DNA from: Polaromonas sp.
GTDB lineage: Bacteria; Pseudomonadota; Gammaproteobacteria; Burkholderiales; Burkholderiaceae_C
Length of the DNA: 64,000 nucleotides
Assembly: GCA_031363755.1 (NCBI GenBank)
Contig: JANLUZ010000122.1
Span: 3,631 to 67,630 of the forward strand
Reading direction: 5' to 3'
Positions 21,295 to 30,309 of this stretch are shown here, piece by piece (position 1 is the first letter of the stretch; each line of letters begins with the position of its first letter). Under the pieces are notes generated by a model that was not told where the DNA came from, searched no databases, and saw nothing but the letters and a program-made list of their open reading frames with translations. The position numbers and the translations under genes are program-made.

Positions 21295-23127
21295 ATGGCA
21301 CTCCGTCCTACTCTCGATTTTTTACTCTACCAGTGGCTGGGCGCTGAGACCCTGTCGGCGCGTCCTCGCTTTGCCGACCATTCCCGCGAAACCTTTGACG
21401 CGGTGTTTGACACCTGCGAACGCATCGCGCGTGAGAAGTACGCCCCATTCAACCGCACGGTGGACACGCAGGAGCCGCATTTCGATGGCGAAAAAGTCAC
21501 GCTGCCGCAAGCTACATACGACGCGCAAAAAGCCTACGCCGCCTCCGGCATGCTCAGCGCCGCGCAGGACTACGAAGCCGGCGGCATGCAACTGCCCTAC
21601 ACGGTCGAGGCAGCGGCCAATGCGTTTTTTGCGATGGCTTCGGTCAGCATTGGCTCGGGCATGCTCACCACCGGCAATGCCAATTTGCTGATGGTGCACG
21701 GCACCGAGGCGCAAAAAGAGGTGTTTGCCAAGAACGAATTTGCAGGTCGCTTCTCGGGCACCATGTGCCTGTCGGAGCCGCAGGCGGGCTCGTCCCTCAG
21801 TGACGTGACCACCCGCGCCCTTCCCGATGGAGACGGGTTTGAGGCCGACCCGCTGGGTGCACGCTACCGCCTCAAGGGCAACAAGATGTGGATTTCAGCC
21901 GGTGAGCATGAGCTGACTGAGAACATCATCCATCTGGTGCTGGCCAAAATCCCCGGCCCTGACGGCAAATTGATTCCCGGCACGCGCGGCATTTCTCTTT
22001 TCATCGTACCGAAAAAGCTGGTGGATACGGCGGGTCAGCTGACCGGGGTGCGCAACGACGTGGCACTGGCCGGCCTGAACCACAAGCTGGGCTGGCGCGG
22101 CACCACCAACACGCTGCTTAATTTTGGCGAAGGCAAATACCCGGTGGCGGGGCAGGCCGGTGCCGTCGGGTACCTGGTGGGCAAGCCGCATGAAGGCCTG
22201 CGCTGCATGTTCCACATGATGAACGAGGCGCGCATTGGTGTGGGCATGGCTGCGACCATGCTGGGCCTGGCGGGCTATTACGCCAGCCTGGACTATGCCA
22301 AGAATCGGCCACAAGGCCGCGCCATGGGCCCTAGCGGCAAAGACGCCGCCGCACCACAAATCCGCATCATTGAACACGCCGACGTCAAGCGCATGCTGCT
22401 GGCGCAAAAATCGTATTGCGAAGGCGCACTGGCGCTGGAACTGTACTGCGCCCGGCTGGTGGACGAGCACCACACGGCCACCCCTGAGGCGGCCGACGAC
22501 GCCCGCATGCTGCTGGAAGTGCTGACGCCGATCGCCAAAAGCTGGCCCAGCGAGTGGTGCCTGGAAGCCAATTCGCTGGCGATTCAGGTCCACGGCGGTT
22601 ACGGCTACACGCGTGACTTCCCGGTCGAGCAGTATTGGCGCGACAACCGCCTGAACATGATCCACGAGGGCACCCACGGCATTCAGGCACTGGACTTGTT
22701 GGGCCGCAAGGTATTGATGGAGCAGGGCAGGGGCCTGAGCCTGCTGGCCGCCCGCATCAACAGCACCATTGAGCACGCCATTGAGGTTCCCGTGCTGGCC
22801 GCCCACGCCAACGCGCTGGGCAAAGCCCTGCAACAGATTGGCAGCGCCACTAAGGCGGCTTGGGCCACTGGCAACCCGACGGATGCGCTGGCCAATGCCG
22901 TGCCCTACATGCAGGCGTTTGGGCACACCGTGCTGGCCTGGATCTGGCTGGACGTCGCGCTGGCGGTTCTGCGTGTTGACGAGGCGAAATCTGCGCCTTC
23001 CAGCGCAGGCAAAATAGCCGCTATGACCTATTTTTATTACTACGAATTGCCGAAAATTGACGCCTGGCTGCAGGTGGTCGCCAGCCGCGACCTGACCTGT
23101 GCCGACCTGCCCGAGGAGGCCTTCTGA
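21295..23127 (+). CDS. Acyl-CoA dehydrogenase
   Basis: GTMCLSEPQAGSSL, KMWISAG, MFHMMNEARIG, QVHGGYGY, IHEGTHGIQ. Confidence 0.95.
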   Translation: MALRPTLDFLLYQWLGAETLSARPRFADHSRETFDAVFDTCERIAREKYAPFNRTVDTQEPHFDGEKVTLPQATYDAQKAYAASGMLSAAQDYEAGGMQLPYTVEAAANAFFAMASVSIGSGMLTTGNANLLMVHGTEAQKEVFAKNEFAGRFSGTMCLSEPQAGSSLSDVTTRALPDGDGFEADPLGARYRLKGNKMWISAGEHELTENIIHLVLAKIPGPDGKLIPGTRGISLFIVPKKLVDTAGQLTGVRNDVALAGLNHKLGWRGTTNTLLNFGEGKYPVAGQAGAVGYLVGKPHEGLRCMFHMMNEARIGVGMAATMLGLAGYYASLDYAKNRPQGRAMGPSGKDAAAPQIRIIEHADVKRMLLAQKSYCEGALALELYCARLVDEHHTATPEAADDARMLLEVLTPIAKSWPSEWCLEANSLAIQVHGGYGYTRDFPVEQYWRDNRLNMIHEGTHGIQALDLLGRKVLMEQGRGLSLLAARINSTIEHAIEVPVLAAHANALGKALQQIGSATKAAWATGNPTDALANAVPYMQAFGHTVLAWIWLDVALAVLRVDEAKSAPSSAGKIAAMTYFYYYELPKIDAWLQVVASRDLTCADLPEEAF

Positions 23128-23351
23128 TGGGTTTTTACAAACCGGGCGCCAACCACCCCACAGACCCGTCGGTCGCACGCCTCCACAACGTCATCTGGAC
23201 GCTGATCTTCGGTGGTCTGCTCACGCTCGTCCTCGGCATCTTCGTCGGCAAGGCCGACAACGCCATCGGCTGGATCATGGTGGCGGCCGGCTCGGTCATG
23301 GCCGCCGTGGGCTGCGTGTTGATTTATGTGCGTTCGCGCATCAAGGTCTGA
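23127..23351 (+). CDS. Small two-TM membrane protein of unknown function
   Basis: 74 aa, two hydrophobic helices; TGATG stop/start overlap with the upstream gene. Confidence 0.7.
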   Translation: MGFYKPGANHPTDPSVARLHNVIWTLIFGGLLTLVLGIFVGKADNAIGWIMVAAGSVMAAVGCVLIYVRSRIKV

Positions 23352-23353
23352 CC

Positions 23354-23635
23354 ATGCTCAAACACATCGTGATGTGGACACTGAAGAGCCCGCTTGACGC
23401 CGCCAGCTTCAAGGCCCAGCTGGACACCTGCAAAAACATCGTGCCCGGCATGGGCGCCTTTGAAGTCGCCACGAAGACAGCCACTCTGGCGGGCAGCTGT
23501 GATGTTGTGCTTTACTCCGAATTCGACAGCGCGCAAGCATTGGCGGCCTACCAGGTGCACCCGCACCATCAGGCTGTCGCAGGCGCGCTGGGCCTGCTTC
23601 GTCAGTCACGTGTTGACATGGACTACGAAGCCTGA
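23354..23635 (+). CDS. Dabb family (stress-responsive alpha/beta barrel) protein
   Basis: MLKHIVMW, DVVLYSEF, YQVHPHH, RVDMDYE. Confidence 0.85.
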   Translation: MLKHIVMWTLKSPLDAASFKAQLDTCKNIVPGMGAFEVATKTATLAGSCDVVLYSEFDSAQALAAYQVHPHHQAVAGALGLLRQSRVDMDYEA

Positions 23636-23663
23636 ATTCATTCAAACCGTAGGAGTCAAGACC

Positions 23664-24482
23664 ATGGCAACCCCCATCCCCGCAGCGACCACCCCCCGCA
23701 CGATTCAACAACTGTTTGACCTGACCGGCAAGACCGCACTGGTCACCGGCGGCTCACGCGGGTTGGGCCTGCAACTGGCCCAAGCCCTCGGCGAGGCTGG
23801 CGCCAAGGTCATGTTGAGCTCCCGCAAGGAGGCCGACCTGGTCGAAGCCGCTGCCGAGTTGAAAGCAGCAGGCATTGACGTGGACTGGATTGCCGCCGAC
23901 TGCTCCAAGGAAGCCGACATCCGTGCGCTGGGCGACGAAGCCATCAAGCGCATGGGCCGTGTCGATATTTTGGTCAACAACGCCGGTGCAGCATGGGGCG
24001 CACCAGCTGAAGATCACCCAGTCGAGGCGTGGGACAAGGTCATGAATGTCAACATCCGCGGCTACTTCATTTTGAGCCAGCACATTGCCAAACACAGCAT
24101 GATCCCGCACGGCTCGGGCCGCATCATCAACGTCGCGTCGATTGCCGGCCTGGGCGGCAACCCGCGTGAAATGACCACTGTGGCCTACAACACCTCCAAA
24201 GGGGCGGTGGTCAACTTTACTCGCGCCCTGGGCTGTGAATGGGGCGCCTACAACATCACGGTCAATGCGATTTGCCCCGGCTTTTTCCCCAGCAAGATGA
24301 CCATGGGCACGCTCAAGGCGATGGGCGAGGAAAAGCTCGCGTCCCACGCACCGCTGGGCCGCCTGGGCGACGACGAAGACCTGAAAGGCCTTTGCGTGTT
24401 GTATGCGTCGGACGCAGGCAAACATATCACGGGCCAATGGCTGGCGGTGGATGGCGGCGTCAGTTCAGTCACAGGCGGATAA
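23664..24482 (+). CDS. SDR family oxidoreductase
   Basis: TGGSRGLG, NNAG, YNTSK (YxxxK), NAICPG. Confidence 0.92.
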   Translation: MATPIPAATTPRTIQQLFDLTGKTALVTGGSRGLGLQLAQALGEAGAKVMLSSRKEADLVEAAAELKAAGIDVDWIAADCSKEADIRALGDEAIKRMGRVDILVNNAGAAWGAPAEDHPVEAWDKVMNVNIRGYFILSQHIAKHSMIPHGSGRIINVASIAGLGGNPREMTTVAYNTSKGAVVNFTRALGCEWGAYNITVNAICPGFFPSKMTMGTLKAMGEEKLASHAPLGRLGDDEDLKGLCVLYASDAGKHITGQWLAVDGGVSSVTGG

Positions 24483-24484
24483 GC

Positions 24485-24970
24485 GTGTCTGACGCCCGGT
24501 TCGGTGCTGAAATCCCGTTTGTCAGTCACCTGGGTTTTGCGCTGGAGCTGTTCGAGGGGGGTGAGTCGGCCATTGGCTACACGCCGCAGCCGGAGCACTT
24601 AAATTCCTTCGCGGTAACGCACGGCGGGGCCTGCATGACGCTGCTGGACGTCACCATGGCCGTGGCGGCGCGCAGCGTGCAAAAAGAGTCGGGTGTGGTC
24701 ACCATCGAGATGAAAACCAGCTTCATGCGCCCCGCACCGGGCGACGGCAGCCGCCTGACGGCCAAGGGGCGGCTGATTCATCGCACGGCCACGCTGGCGT
24801 TCACCGAGGCCACGCTGTTCGACGAGCAGGGCAGAGCGTGCACGCACGCCACCGGCACCTTCAAGTACGTCAAACGGCTGGTCACTGGGCCCAAAACCAT
24901 CAACGACTTCAGCGGCAACGCGGCCACTCCCACATCGGTGGGCCCGGCAGGCGTGCTGTCGACCGATTGA
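24485..24970 (+). CDS. PaaI family hotdog-fold thioesterase
   Basis: HLNSFAVTHGGACMTLLDVTM, VTIEMKTSFMRP; GTG start inferred 3 nt after the SDR stop. Confidence 0.85.
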   Translation: MSDARFGAEIPFVSHLGFALELFEGGESAIGYTPQPEHLNSFAVTHGGACMTLLDVTMAVAARSVQKESGVVTIEMKTSFMRPAPGDGSRLTAKGRLIHRTATLAFTEATLFDEQGRACTHATGTFKYVKRLVTGPKTINDFSGNAATPTSVGPAGVLSTD

Positions 24971-24986
24971 GCGTGTTTTTTAGGTC

Positions 24987-25040
24987 AAATCACCTTCTAG
25001 CCCGGGCGTTTACTGCCTGAGCAGCTATCAAGTCAGTAGC
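24987..25040 (+). repeat. Repeat family A copy
   Basis: AAATCACCTTCTAGCCCGGGCGTTTACTGCCTGAGCAGCTATCAAGTCAGTAGC. Confidence 0.85.
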
Positions 25041-25065
25041 AACTTAACCTCAACAGGAGCCTATC

Positions 25066-26082
25066 ATGCCCAGCAACCAACAAGTCTTACTCGACAACCG
25101 CCCCACCGCCGAAGCCGTCGCCAGCAACTTCAGGCTCGCGACCACCGACACCCCCGCTTTGAGCCCCGGTCAGGTGCTGGTGCGCCACCACTTTCTGAGC
25201 CTGGACCCGTATATGCGGGGCCGCATGAACGACAGCAAGAACTACGCGGCGGCACAAGCGCTCGGCGAAGTAATGATTGGCGGCACCGTGGGCGAAGTGG
25301 TCGAAAGCCAGAACGCCAAGTTCGCGGTGGGCGACACCGTCGTCGGTATGGGCGGCTGGCAGCAGTACAGCGTCGTCAACGCCGACGTCGTGGGCGCTCT
25401 GCGCAGGGTCGACACCACGCACGTGCCGCTGTCGCATTACCTGGGTGCTGTCGGCATGCCCGGCGTCACGGCCTATTACGGCCTCGTGCACATCATTGAG
25501 CCGAAAGAAGGCGCCACCGTCGCCATCAGCGCGGCCACAGGCGCTGTGGGCAGTGCCTTTGCAGCGCTGGCCAAAGCGCGTGGCTGCCGCGTGATCGGCA
25601 TTGCCGGCGGCCCCGACAAATGCAAATACGCGGTGGACGAGCTGCACTTTGACGCCTGCGTCGACTACAAGTTGCACGACACCGCCGAATCGCTCACCGA
25701 GGCCCTGAAAGTCGTGTGCCCCAAAGGCATCGACGGCTACTTTGAAAACGTGGGGGGCTTGGTGCTCAACGCGGTGCTGCCGCTGATGAACGACTTTGGC
25801 CGCATTGCGGTGTGCGGCATGATTTCAGGCTACGACGGTCAGCCCACCCCGCTGGCGCAGCCCGCGCTGATCTTGCGCAGCCGCCTCCGGGTGCAGGGTT
25901 TCATCGTCGCTGAGCACATGGACGTCTGGCCAGCCGCGCTCAAAGAATTGGGCACCCTGGTTGGCACTGGAAAACTCCGGCCACGCGAGTCGGTGGCGGT
26001 TGGCATCGAAGCCGCACCAGAAGCGTTTTTGGGTTTGCTCAAGGGCAAAAACTTCGGCAAACAGGTCGTCAAACTGGTTTGA
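25066..26082 (+). CDS. NADP-dependent oxidoreductase (MDR, prostaglandin reductase/CurA-like)
   Basis: LSLDPYMRGRM, GMPGVTAYYG, AATGAVGS, YFENVGG, NFGKQVV. Confidence 0.92.
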   Translation: MPSNQQVLLDNRPTAEAVASNFRLATTDTPALSPGQVLVRHHFLSLDPYMRGRMNDSKNYAAAQALGEVMIGGTVGEVVESQNAKFAVGDTVVGMGGWQQYSVVNADVVGALRRVDTTHVPLSHYLGAVGMPGVTAYYGLVHIIEPKEGATVAISAATGAVGSAFAALAKARGCRVIGIAGGPDKCKYAVDELHFDACVDYKLHDTAESLTEALKVVCPKGIDGYFENVGGLVLNAVLPLMNDFGRIAVCGMISGYDGQPTPLAQPALILRSRLRVQGFIVAEHMDVWPAALKELGTLVGTGKLRPRESVAVGIEAAPEAFLGLLKGKNFGKQVVKLV

Positions 26083-26106
26083 CGCCTAAAAACGAAGGGG
26101 TGCGCC

Positions 26107-27036
26107 ATGGCTGACATCATCCTGCACCACTACCCGACCTCGCCATTTGCTGAAAAAGTTCGGCTCATCCTGGGCTACAAAAAGCTTCCCTGGAAGTCGG
26201 TCATCATCCCGTCCATCATGCCCAAGCCGGGTCTGGTGGCGCTGACGGGCGGTTACCGCAAAACGCCGGTGTTGCAGATTGGCGCAGACATCTACTGCGA
26301 CACCGCCCTGATTGCCGACGTGCTGGAGCACCTGGCGCCGGAGCCCACGCTGTACCCGGCGCACAGCAAAGGGATGGCGCGTACCCTGGCGCACTGGGCG
26401 GACCACACGTTGTTCTGGGCGGCTATGGCGCACAACCTGCAGCCGAAGGGCTTTGCCCAGATGTTCGCCACGTTGCCAGCCGACGCCGCTAAAGCTTTTG
26501 CGGAGGACCGCAAGGCCATGAGCCTGGGGATGCAGCGCCACCGCCCGGCAGATGCCACGGGCGCTTACAAGTCATATTTGCGCCGCCTGTCGGACATGCT
26601 GGACGACCATCCGTTCTTGTTGGGCGACACACCCTGCATTACCGACTTTGCGATGTTTCACCCGCTGTGGTTCACCCGCGTGCGCACGCCGGTGGTGGCC
26701 GATGTTTTCGACGCCACTCCTGCCGTGCTCGCCTGGATGGACCGCATGGCGGCGATTGGGCACGGCCCGATGGAGAAATTCAGCAGCGAGCAGGCCATTG
26801 CCGTGGCTGCCGCCGCCACCCCGGCGGCGCTGAAAGACGAGCCCTTCCAGGACGAGCACGGCATGGCGCTGGGCAGCCGCGTGACAGTAGCGGCCGAAAC
26901 CTTTGGTCCGGAGCTTACCGAGGGCGAGTTGATCGCTGCCACGCGCATGCACTACACGTTGCGCCGCCTAGATGAGCGCGCGGGCACGGTGCATGTGCAC
27001 TTCCCACGCATCGGCTTTCGGCTGTTGGCCGCCTGA
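26107..27036 (+). CDS. Glutathione S-transferase family protein
   Basis: HHYPTSPFAEKVR, GGYRKTPVLQIGADIYCDT, VHVHFPRIGF. Confidence 0.9.
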   Translation: MADIILHHYPTSPFAEKVRLILGYKKLPWKSVIIPSIMPKPGLVALTGGYRKTPVLQIGADIYCDTALIADVLEHLAPEPTLYPAHSKGMARTLAHWADHTLFWAAMAHNLQPKGFAQMFATLPADAAKAFAEDRKAMSLGMQRHRPADATGAYKSYLRRLSDMLDDHPFLLGDTPCITDFAMFHPLWFTRVRTPVVADVFDATPAVLAWMDRMAAIGHGPMEKFSSEQAIAVAAAATPAALKDEPFQDEHGMALGSRVTVAAETFGPELTEGELIAATRMHYTLRRLDERAGTVHVHFPRIGFRLLAA

Positions 27037-27065
27037 GCGGCCACGGGCAGGGCAACGCACACCCC

Positions 27066-27512
27066 ATGACACCGGACTGGCAGTTCAAGCCCTTCGACGC
27101 GCTGAGCACCCACGCGCTGTACGCGGTGCTGCAGCTGCGCAGCGCCGTGTTTGTGGTCGAGCAGGCCTGTATTTTTCAAGACATCGACGGCACCGACGAC
27201 CAGGCAATGCACCTGCTGGGCCGCCTGAATGGTGAGCTGGTGGCCTATGCCCGCTGTTTTGCAGCCGGCCTCAAATATCCCGAAGCCGCCATTGGCCGCG
27301 TGATCACCCATCCCCACCAGCGCAGCACCGGCCTGGGCCACCAGCTGATGCAGCAGGCGCTTGGGTGCATGACAGTGCATTGGGGGGCGCAGCCCGTACG
27401 TATTGGCGCGCAGGCGCGGCTGGCCGCTTTTTACCAGCAGCACGGGTTTGCCCCGGCGGGCGAGCCCTACATGGAAGACGGCATCCTGCACATCGAGATG
27501 GTGCGCGCTTGA
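27066..27512 (+). CDS. GNAT acetyltransferase (ElaA-like)
   Basis: LRSAVFVVEQAC, LVAYAR, IGRVI, RSTGLG, IGAQ, YMEDGILHIEM. Confidence 0.9.
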   Translation: MTPDWQFKPFDALSTHALYAVLQLRSAVFVVEQACIFQDIDGTDDQAMHLLGRLNGELVAYARCFAAGLKYPEAAIGRVITHPHQRSTGLGHQLMQQALGCMTVHWGAQPVRIGAQARLAAFYQQHGFAPAGEPYMEDGILHIEMVRA

Positions 27513-27573
27513 TGAGCCGGGCGACAACGACCGATAACCGATAACCGATCCACAACCCCCAACGGAGACAAAA

Positions 27574-28479
27574 ATGATCACAGATTTCAAAGGCAAGACT
27601 GCCGTGCTGACGGGCGCGGGCTCGGGCTTTGGCCTCGAATGCGCCCGCATTGCCGCCCAGCGCGGCATGAATGTGGTGCTGGTGGACGTGCAGCAAGACG
27701 CGCTCGACGCCGCCGAGCGTGAGATCACCGCCCTGGGCGCTCAAACACTCGCCTTCAAGCTCGACGTGTCGAGCGCCGACCAGATGCAGGCCATGGGCAC
27801 AGCGGTGTTCGAACGCTTCGGCGCGCCGCATTTTGTCTTCAATAACGCCGGTGTTGGCTCCGGTGGCCTGATTTGGGAAAACACGCTCAAAGACTGGGAA
27901 TGGGTGCTGGGCGTCAACGTGATGGGCGCGGTGCACGGCGTGCGTATTTTCACGCCCATGATGCTGGCCGCCGCTGCTATTGACCCCGCGTGGCAGGGCC
28001 ACATCATCAACACCGCCAGCATGGCTGGGCTGCTCAACGCGCCCAACATGGGCGTCTACAACGTCAGCAAGCACGCGGTGGTGTCTCTGAGTGAGACGCT
28101 CTACCAGGACCTGCAGCTCGTTACCGATCAGATCGGCGCCAGCGTGTTGTGCCCGTTTTTTGTGGCCACCGGCATTGCTCTGAGCCACCGCAACCGCCCC
28201 GAAGAGCTGAAAAGCGGCAAGCCGACCAAAAGCCAGCTGATCGGCCAGGCCATGACCGGCAAGGCGGTGGACTCCGGCAAGGTCAGCGCGGCGGATGTGG
28301 CGCAGCTGGTGTTTGATGCAGTGGCCGCCAACCAGTTTTACATTTACAGCCACCCCAAGGCCATCAAGTCGGTGCAAACGCGCATGGAAGACGTGCTGCA
28401 GGCGCGCAACCCGACCAACCCGTTTGCGCACAAGCCTGAAATCGGCGAGCAGCTCAAGGCAGCGCTGCGGGCGGCCTGA
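27574..28479 (+). CDS. SDR family oxidoreductase
   Basis: TGAGSGFG, NNAGV, NTAS, YNVSK. Confidence 0.92.
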   Translation: MITDFKGKTAVLTGAGSGFGLECARIAAQRGMNVVLVDVQQDALDAAEREITALGAQTLAFKLDVSSADQMQAMGTAVFERFGAPHFVFNNAGVGSGGLIWENTLKDWEWVLGVNVMGAVHGVRIFTPMMLAAAAIDPAWQGHIINTASMAGLLNAPNMGVYNVSKHAVVSLSETLYQDLQLVTDQIGASVLCPFFVATGIALSHRNRPEELKSGKPTKSQLIGQAMTGKAVDSGKVSAADVAQLVFDAVAANQFYIYSHPKAIKSVQTRMEDVLQARNPTNPFAHKPEIGEQLKAALRAA

Positions 28480-28545
28480 GCACCCAGCGCTTTACCTTCC
28501 CACCTGCCGTTCGGGTAACGCTCGGCCTTTTTGAAAGCCACTGTG

Positions 28546-29220
28546 ATGCCTTTTCGCCTGACACCCCTGACGCCTCTGACGCGTTTCGCCATTTTTCCGG
28601 CTATCTTTGTTGTGCTGGCCCTGTCAGCCGCCCTGGGGCTGCTTGCGGGTTGCGGCAAGACCCCCGGCGCTGCGGCACCCGCCGCCCCGACAACCCCCGC
28701 CGCGTCGGCAGCCTCTGCCCGCGTAAAAGCGGTCACGCTCGAGGCTGTGGCGGCTGAAGGCGTCGGCTTCTCGGTCGGCTCCAGCATGGCAGCGCACACG
28801 GTGTATGTATTTTTTGACCCCCAATGCCCGCACTGCACCGAGCTGTGGAAGGCCGCCCGCCCGTTGACGACACGGGCGCGGTTCGTGTGGATGCCGGTCG
28901 GCCTGCTGAACGACACCAGCCGCCTCCAGGGTGCAGCGCTGCTCGCGGCTGGCGACCCGGTGGCCGCCATGGATGCGCACGAAGCCTCCATGCAAGCCGG
29001 CAAGGGCGGTATCGCAGCGGCCAATGGGGCTGACAAACAACTGGCGGCTGTGGCCACCAACACCGCACTGATGACGCGCCTGGACTTCACCTCCATCCCT
29101 ACGCTGGTGGCCCGTCACGCCCAAACCGGCGCGCTGGTGACACATCAGGGTTCCTTGTCCACCACCGCGCTGGCTGCCATGCTGGGCTTGCCGGTTTCTA
29201 TGGCAGGGCAGGGGTCCTGA
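28546..29220 (+). CDS. DsbC/DsbG-like thioredoxin-fold lipoprotein
   Basis: Lipobox LLAG-C, VYVFFDPQCPHC, FVWMPVG, cis-Pro SIPT. Confidence 0.8.
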   Translation: MPFRLTPLTPLTRFAIFPAIFVVLALSAALGLLAGCGKTPGAAAPAAPTTPAASAASARVKAVTLEAVAAEGVGFSVGSSMAAHTVYVFFDPQCPHCTELWKAARPLTTRARFVWMPVGLLNDTSRLQGAALLAAGDPVAAMDAHEASMQAGKGGIAAANGADKQLAAVATNTALMTRLDFTSIPTLVARHAQTGALVTHQGSLSTTALAAMLGLPVSMAGQGS

Positions 29221-29286
29221 GCGTCTGCCGCGGCTGCCAAGCTGTGAGGATTTAGGTATCCCAAGTCACGACAAACGCTGTTGACT

Positions 29287-29378
29287 TGTCATCCCGGACT
29301 CGATCCGGGACCCACGAACCCGCACCGTGCTGGCTTGTTTGAAAGCTTTATGGTTTGCGGGTCAAGGCCGCAATGACA
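29287..29378. repeat. REP/RPE-like palindromic element (family B)
   Basis: TGTCATCCCGGACTCGATCCGGGACCCA ... TGGTTTGCGGGTCAAGGCCGCAATGACA: two hairpin arms with TGTCAT/ATGACA inverted ends. Confidence 0.75.
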
Positions 29379-29413
29379 GGCAGAAAAGCTTCGTAGCCGT
29401 CATTTTTGACGTC

Positions 29414-29467
29414 ATTTAGCCCGCTAGCCCAGGTATCTACTGCCTGGACTGCTATTTTTTGATGAGC
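29414..29467 (+). repeat. Repeat family A copy
   Basis: ATTTAGCCCGCTAGCCCAGGTATCTACTGCCTGGACTGCTATTTTTTGATGAGC; overlaps the stop of the convergent hydroxylase gene. Confidence 0.85.
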
Positions 29468-30057
29468 GCAGTAGTGGCGTCGCGGTCAGTTTTGAAGACA
29501 CTGTCCCAGAGTGACAGGCTGACGCCGTAGCGCCCTGGCTGCACACCGCTGGCCTGCTTGAGGTGGTGCACCGCGTGCCACACCTTGCGCTGCTGCAGCC
29601 AGCGGCTGCCCACGCTGCTGCCGCTGCGCCAGTGGTGCACGGCGTGGTGTGTCACGGCATACACAAAGTAGCCAGCTGTCACCCCCAGAGTGAGCGCTGT
29701 CCCGGCAGCGCTGCCCAGCGCCCACCAGGCGGGCGCCAACACCAGCAGGCCGATCAACCCTGCGCTGACGACGGTTGGTGTGCTGATGCGCGCCATGGGC
29801 TGGGCGTGGTGGGCCGCGTGCCAGCGGTTGAACGGCGCCAGTCCATGCAACACAAAGCGGTGGAGCCCATACTCCAGCAGCGACCAGGCCGCGAAGCCAC
29901 CCAGCGCCAGCGCAGCCAGCAATGCGCGCTGGCCCACTGCGGCATGCAGCCCTACAAAAATCAGCATGGCACCGACCGCAGCGCCGTAAATGACAAAGTC
30001 CGCGCAGTAAGCCATGCGGCTGTGTGTGATCGAAAAAAGTCCCGTCCAACGCGTCAT
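29452..30057 (-). CDS. Sterol desaturase / fatty-acid hydroxylase family membrane protein
   Basis: His boxes EYGLHRFVLH, HAAHH, THHAVHH, WHAVHH; YGVSLSLWDSVF. Confidence 0.85.
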   Translation of the reverse strand: MTRWTGLFSITHSRMAYCADFVIYGAAVGAMLIFVGLHAAVGQRALLAALALGGFAAWSLLEYGLHRFVLHGLAPFNRWHAAHHAQPMARISTPTVVSAGLIGLLVLAPAWWALGSAAGTALTLGVTAGYFVYAVTHHAVHHWRSGSSVGSRWLQQRKVWHAVHHLKQASGVQPGRYGVSLSLWDSVFKTDRDATTALIKK

Positions 30058-30151
30058 GGCGTTCCTTTTGTGAGTGAATAGCGTGCCGTTGTGACGCTGT
30101 CGCGCCCACGTCTGTCATTCTTCCAAGTTAGTCGGTTTGGTGCTTGATGTC

Positions 30152-30167
30152 TGTGCGTCACCGCACA
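30152..30167. promoter_or_regulatory. Crp/Fnr-type palindrome TGTGCG-TCAC-CGCACA
   Basis: Perfect inverted repeat; the motif recurs seven times in intergenic DNA of the island. Confidence 0.7.
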
Positions 30168-30194
30168 GCAAGGCGCTGCCAGGTTGTGCGCATA

Positions 30195-30210
30195 TGTTCG
30201 ATAGCGCACA
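30195..30210. promoter_or_regulatory. Crp/Fnr-type palindrome TGTTCG-ATAG-CGCACA
   Basis: Same motif, upstream of the first Crp/Fnr gene. Confidence 0.65.
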
Positions 30211-30309
30211 TACTTATGAGCTGACATTGACTACAGTCGGCAACTTTACCTACAGTTGCCGACGACGCCAGAGGGTGTGCTTCATCGACTTTACGCCTGA
30301 CCATTGCCT

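Noticed and set aside
27530-27549. ACCGATA x3 short tandem repeat before the SDR gene
   Set aside because: Under three units, intergenic, no spacers; not CRISPR and no functional evidence
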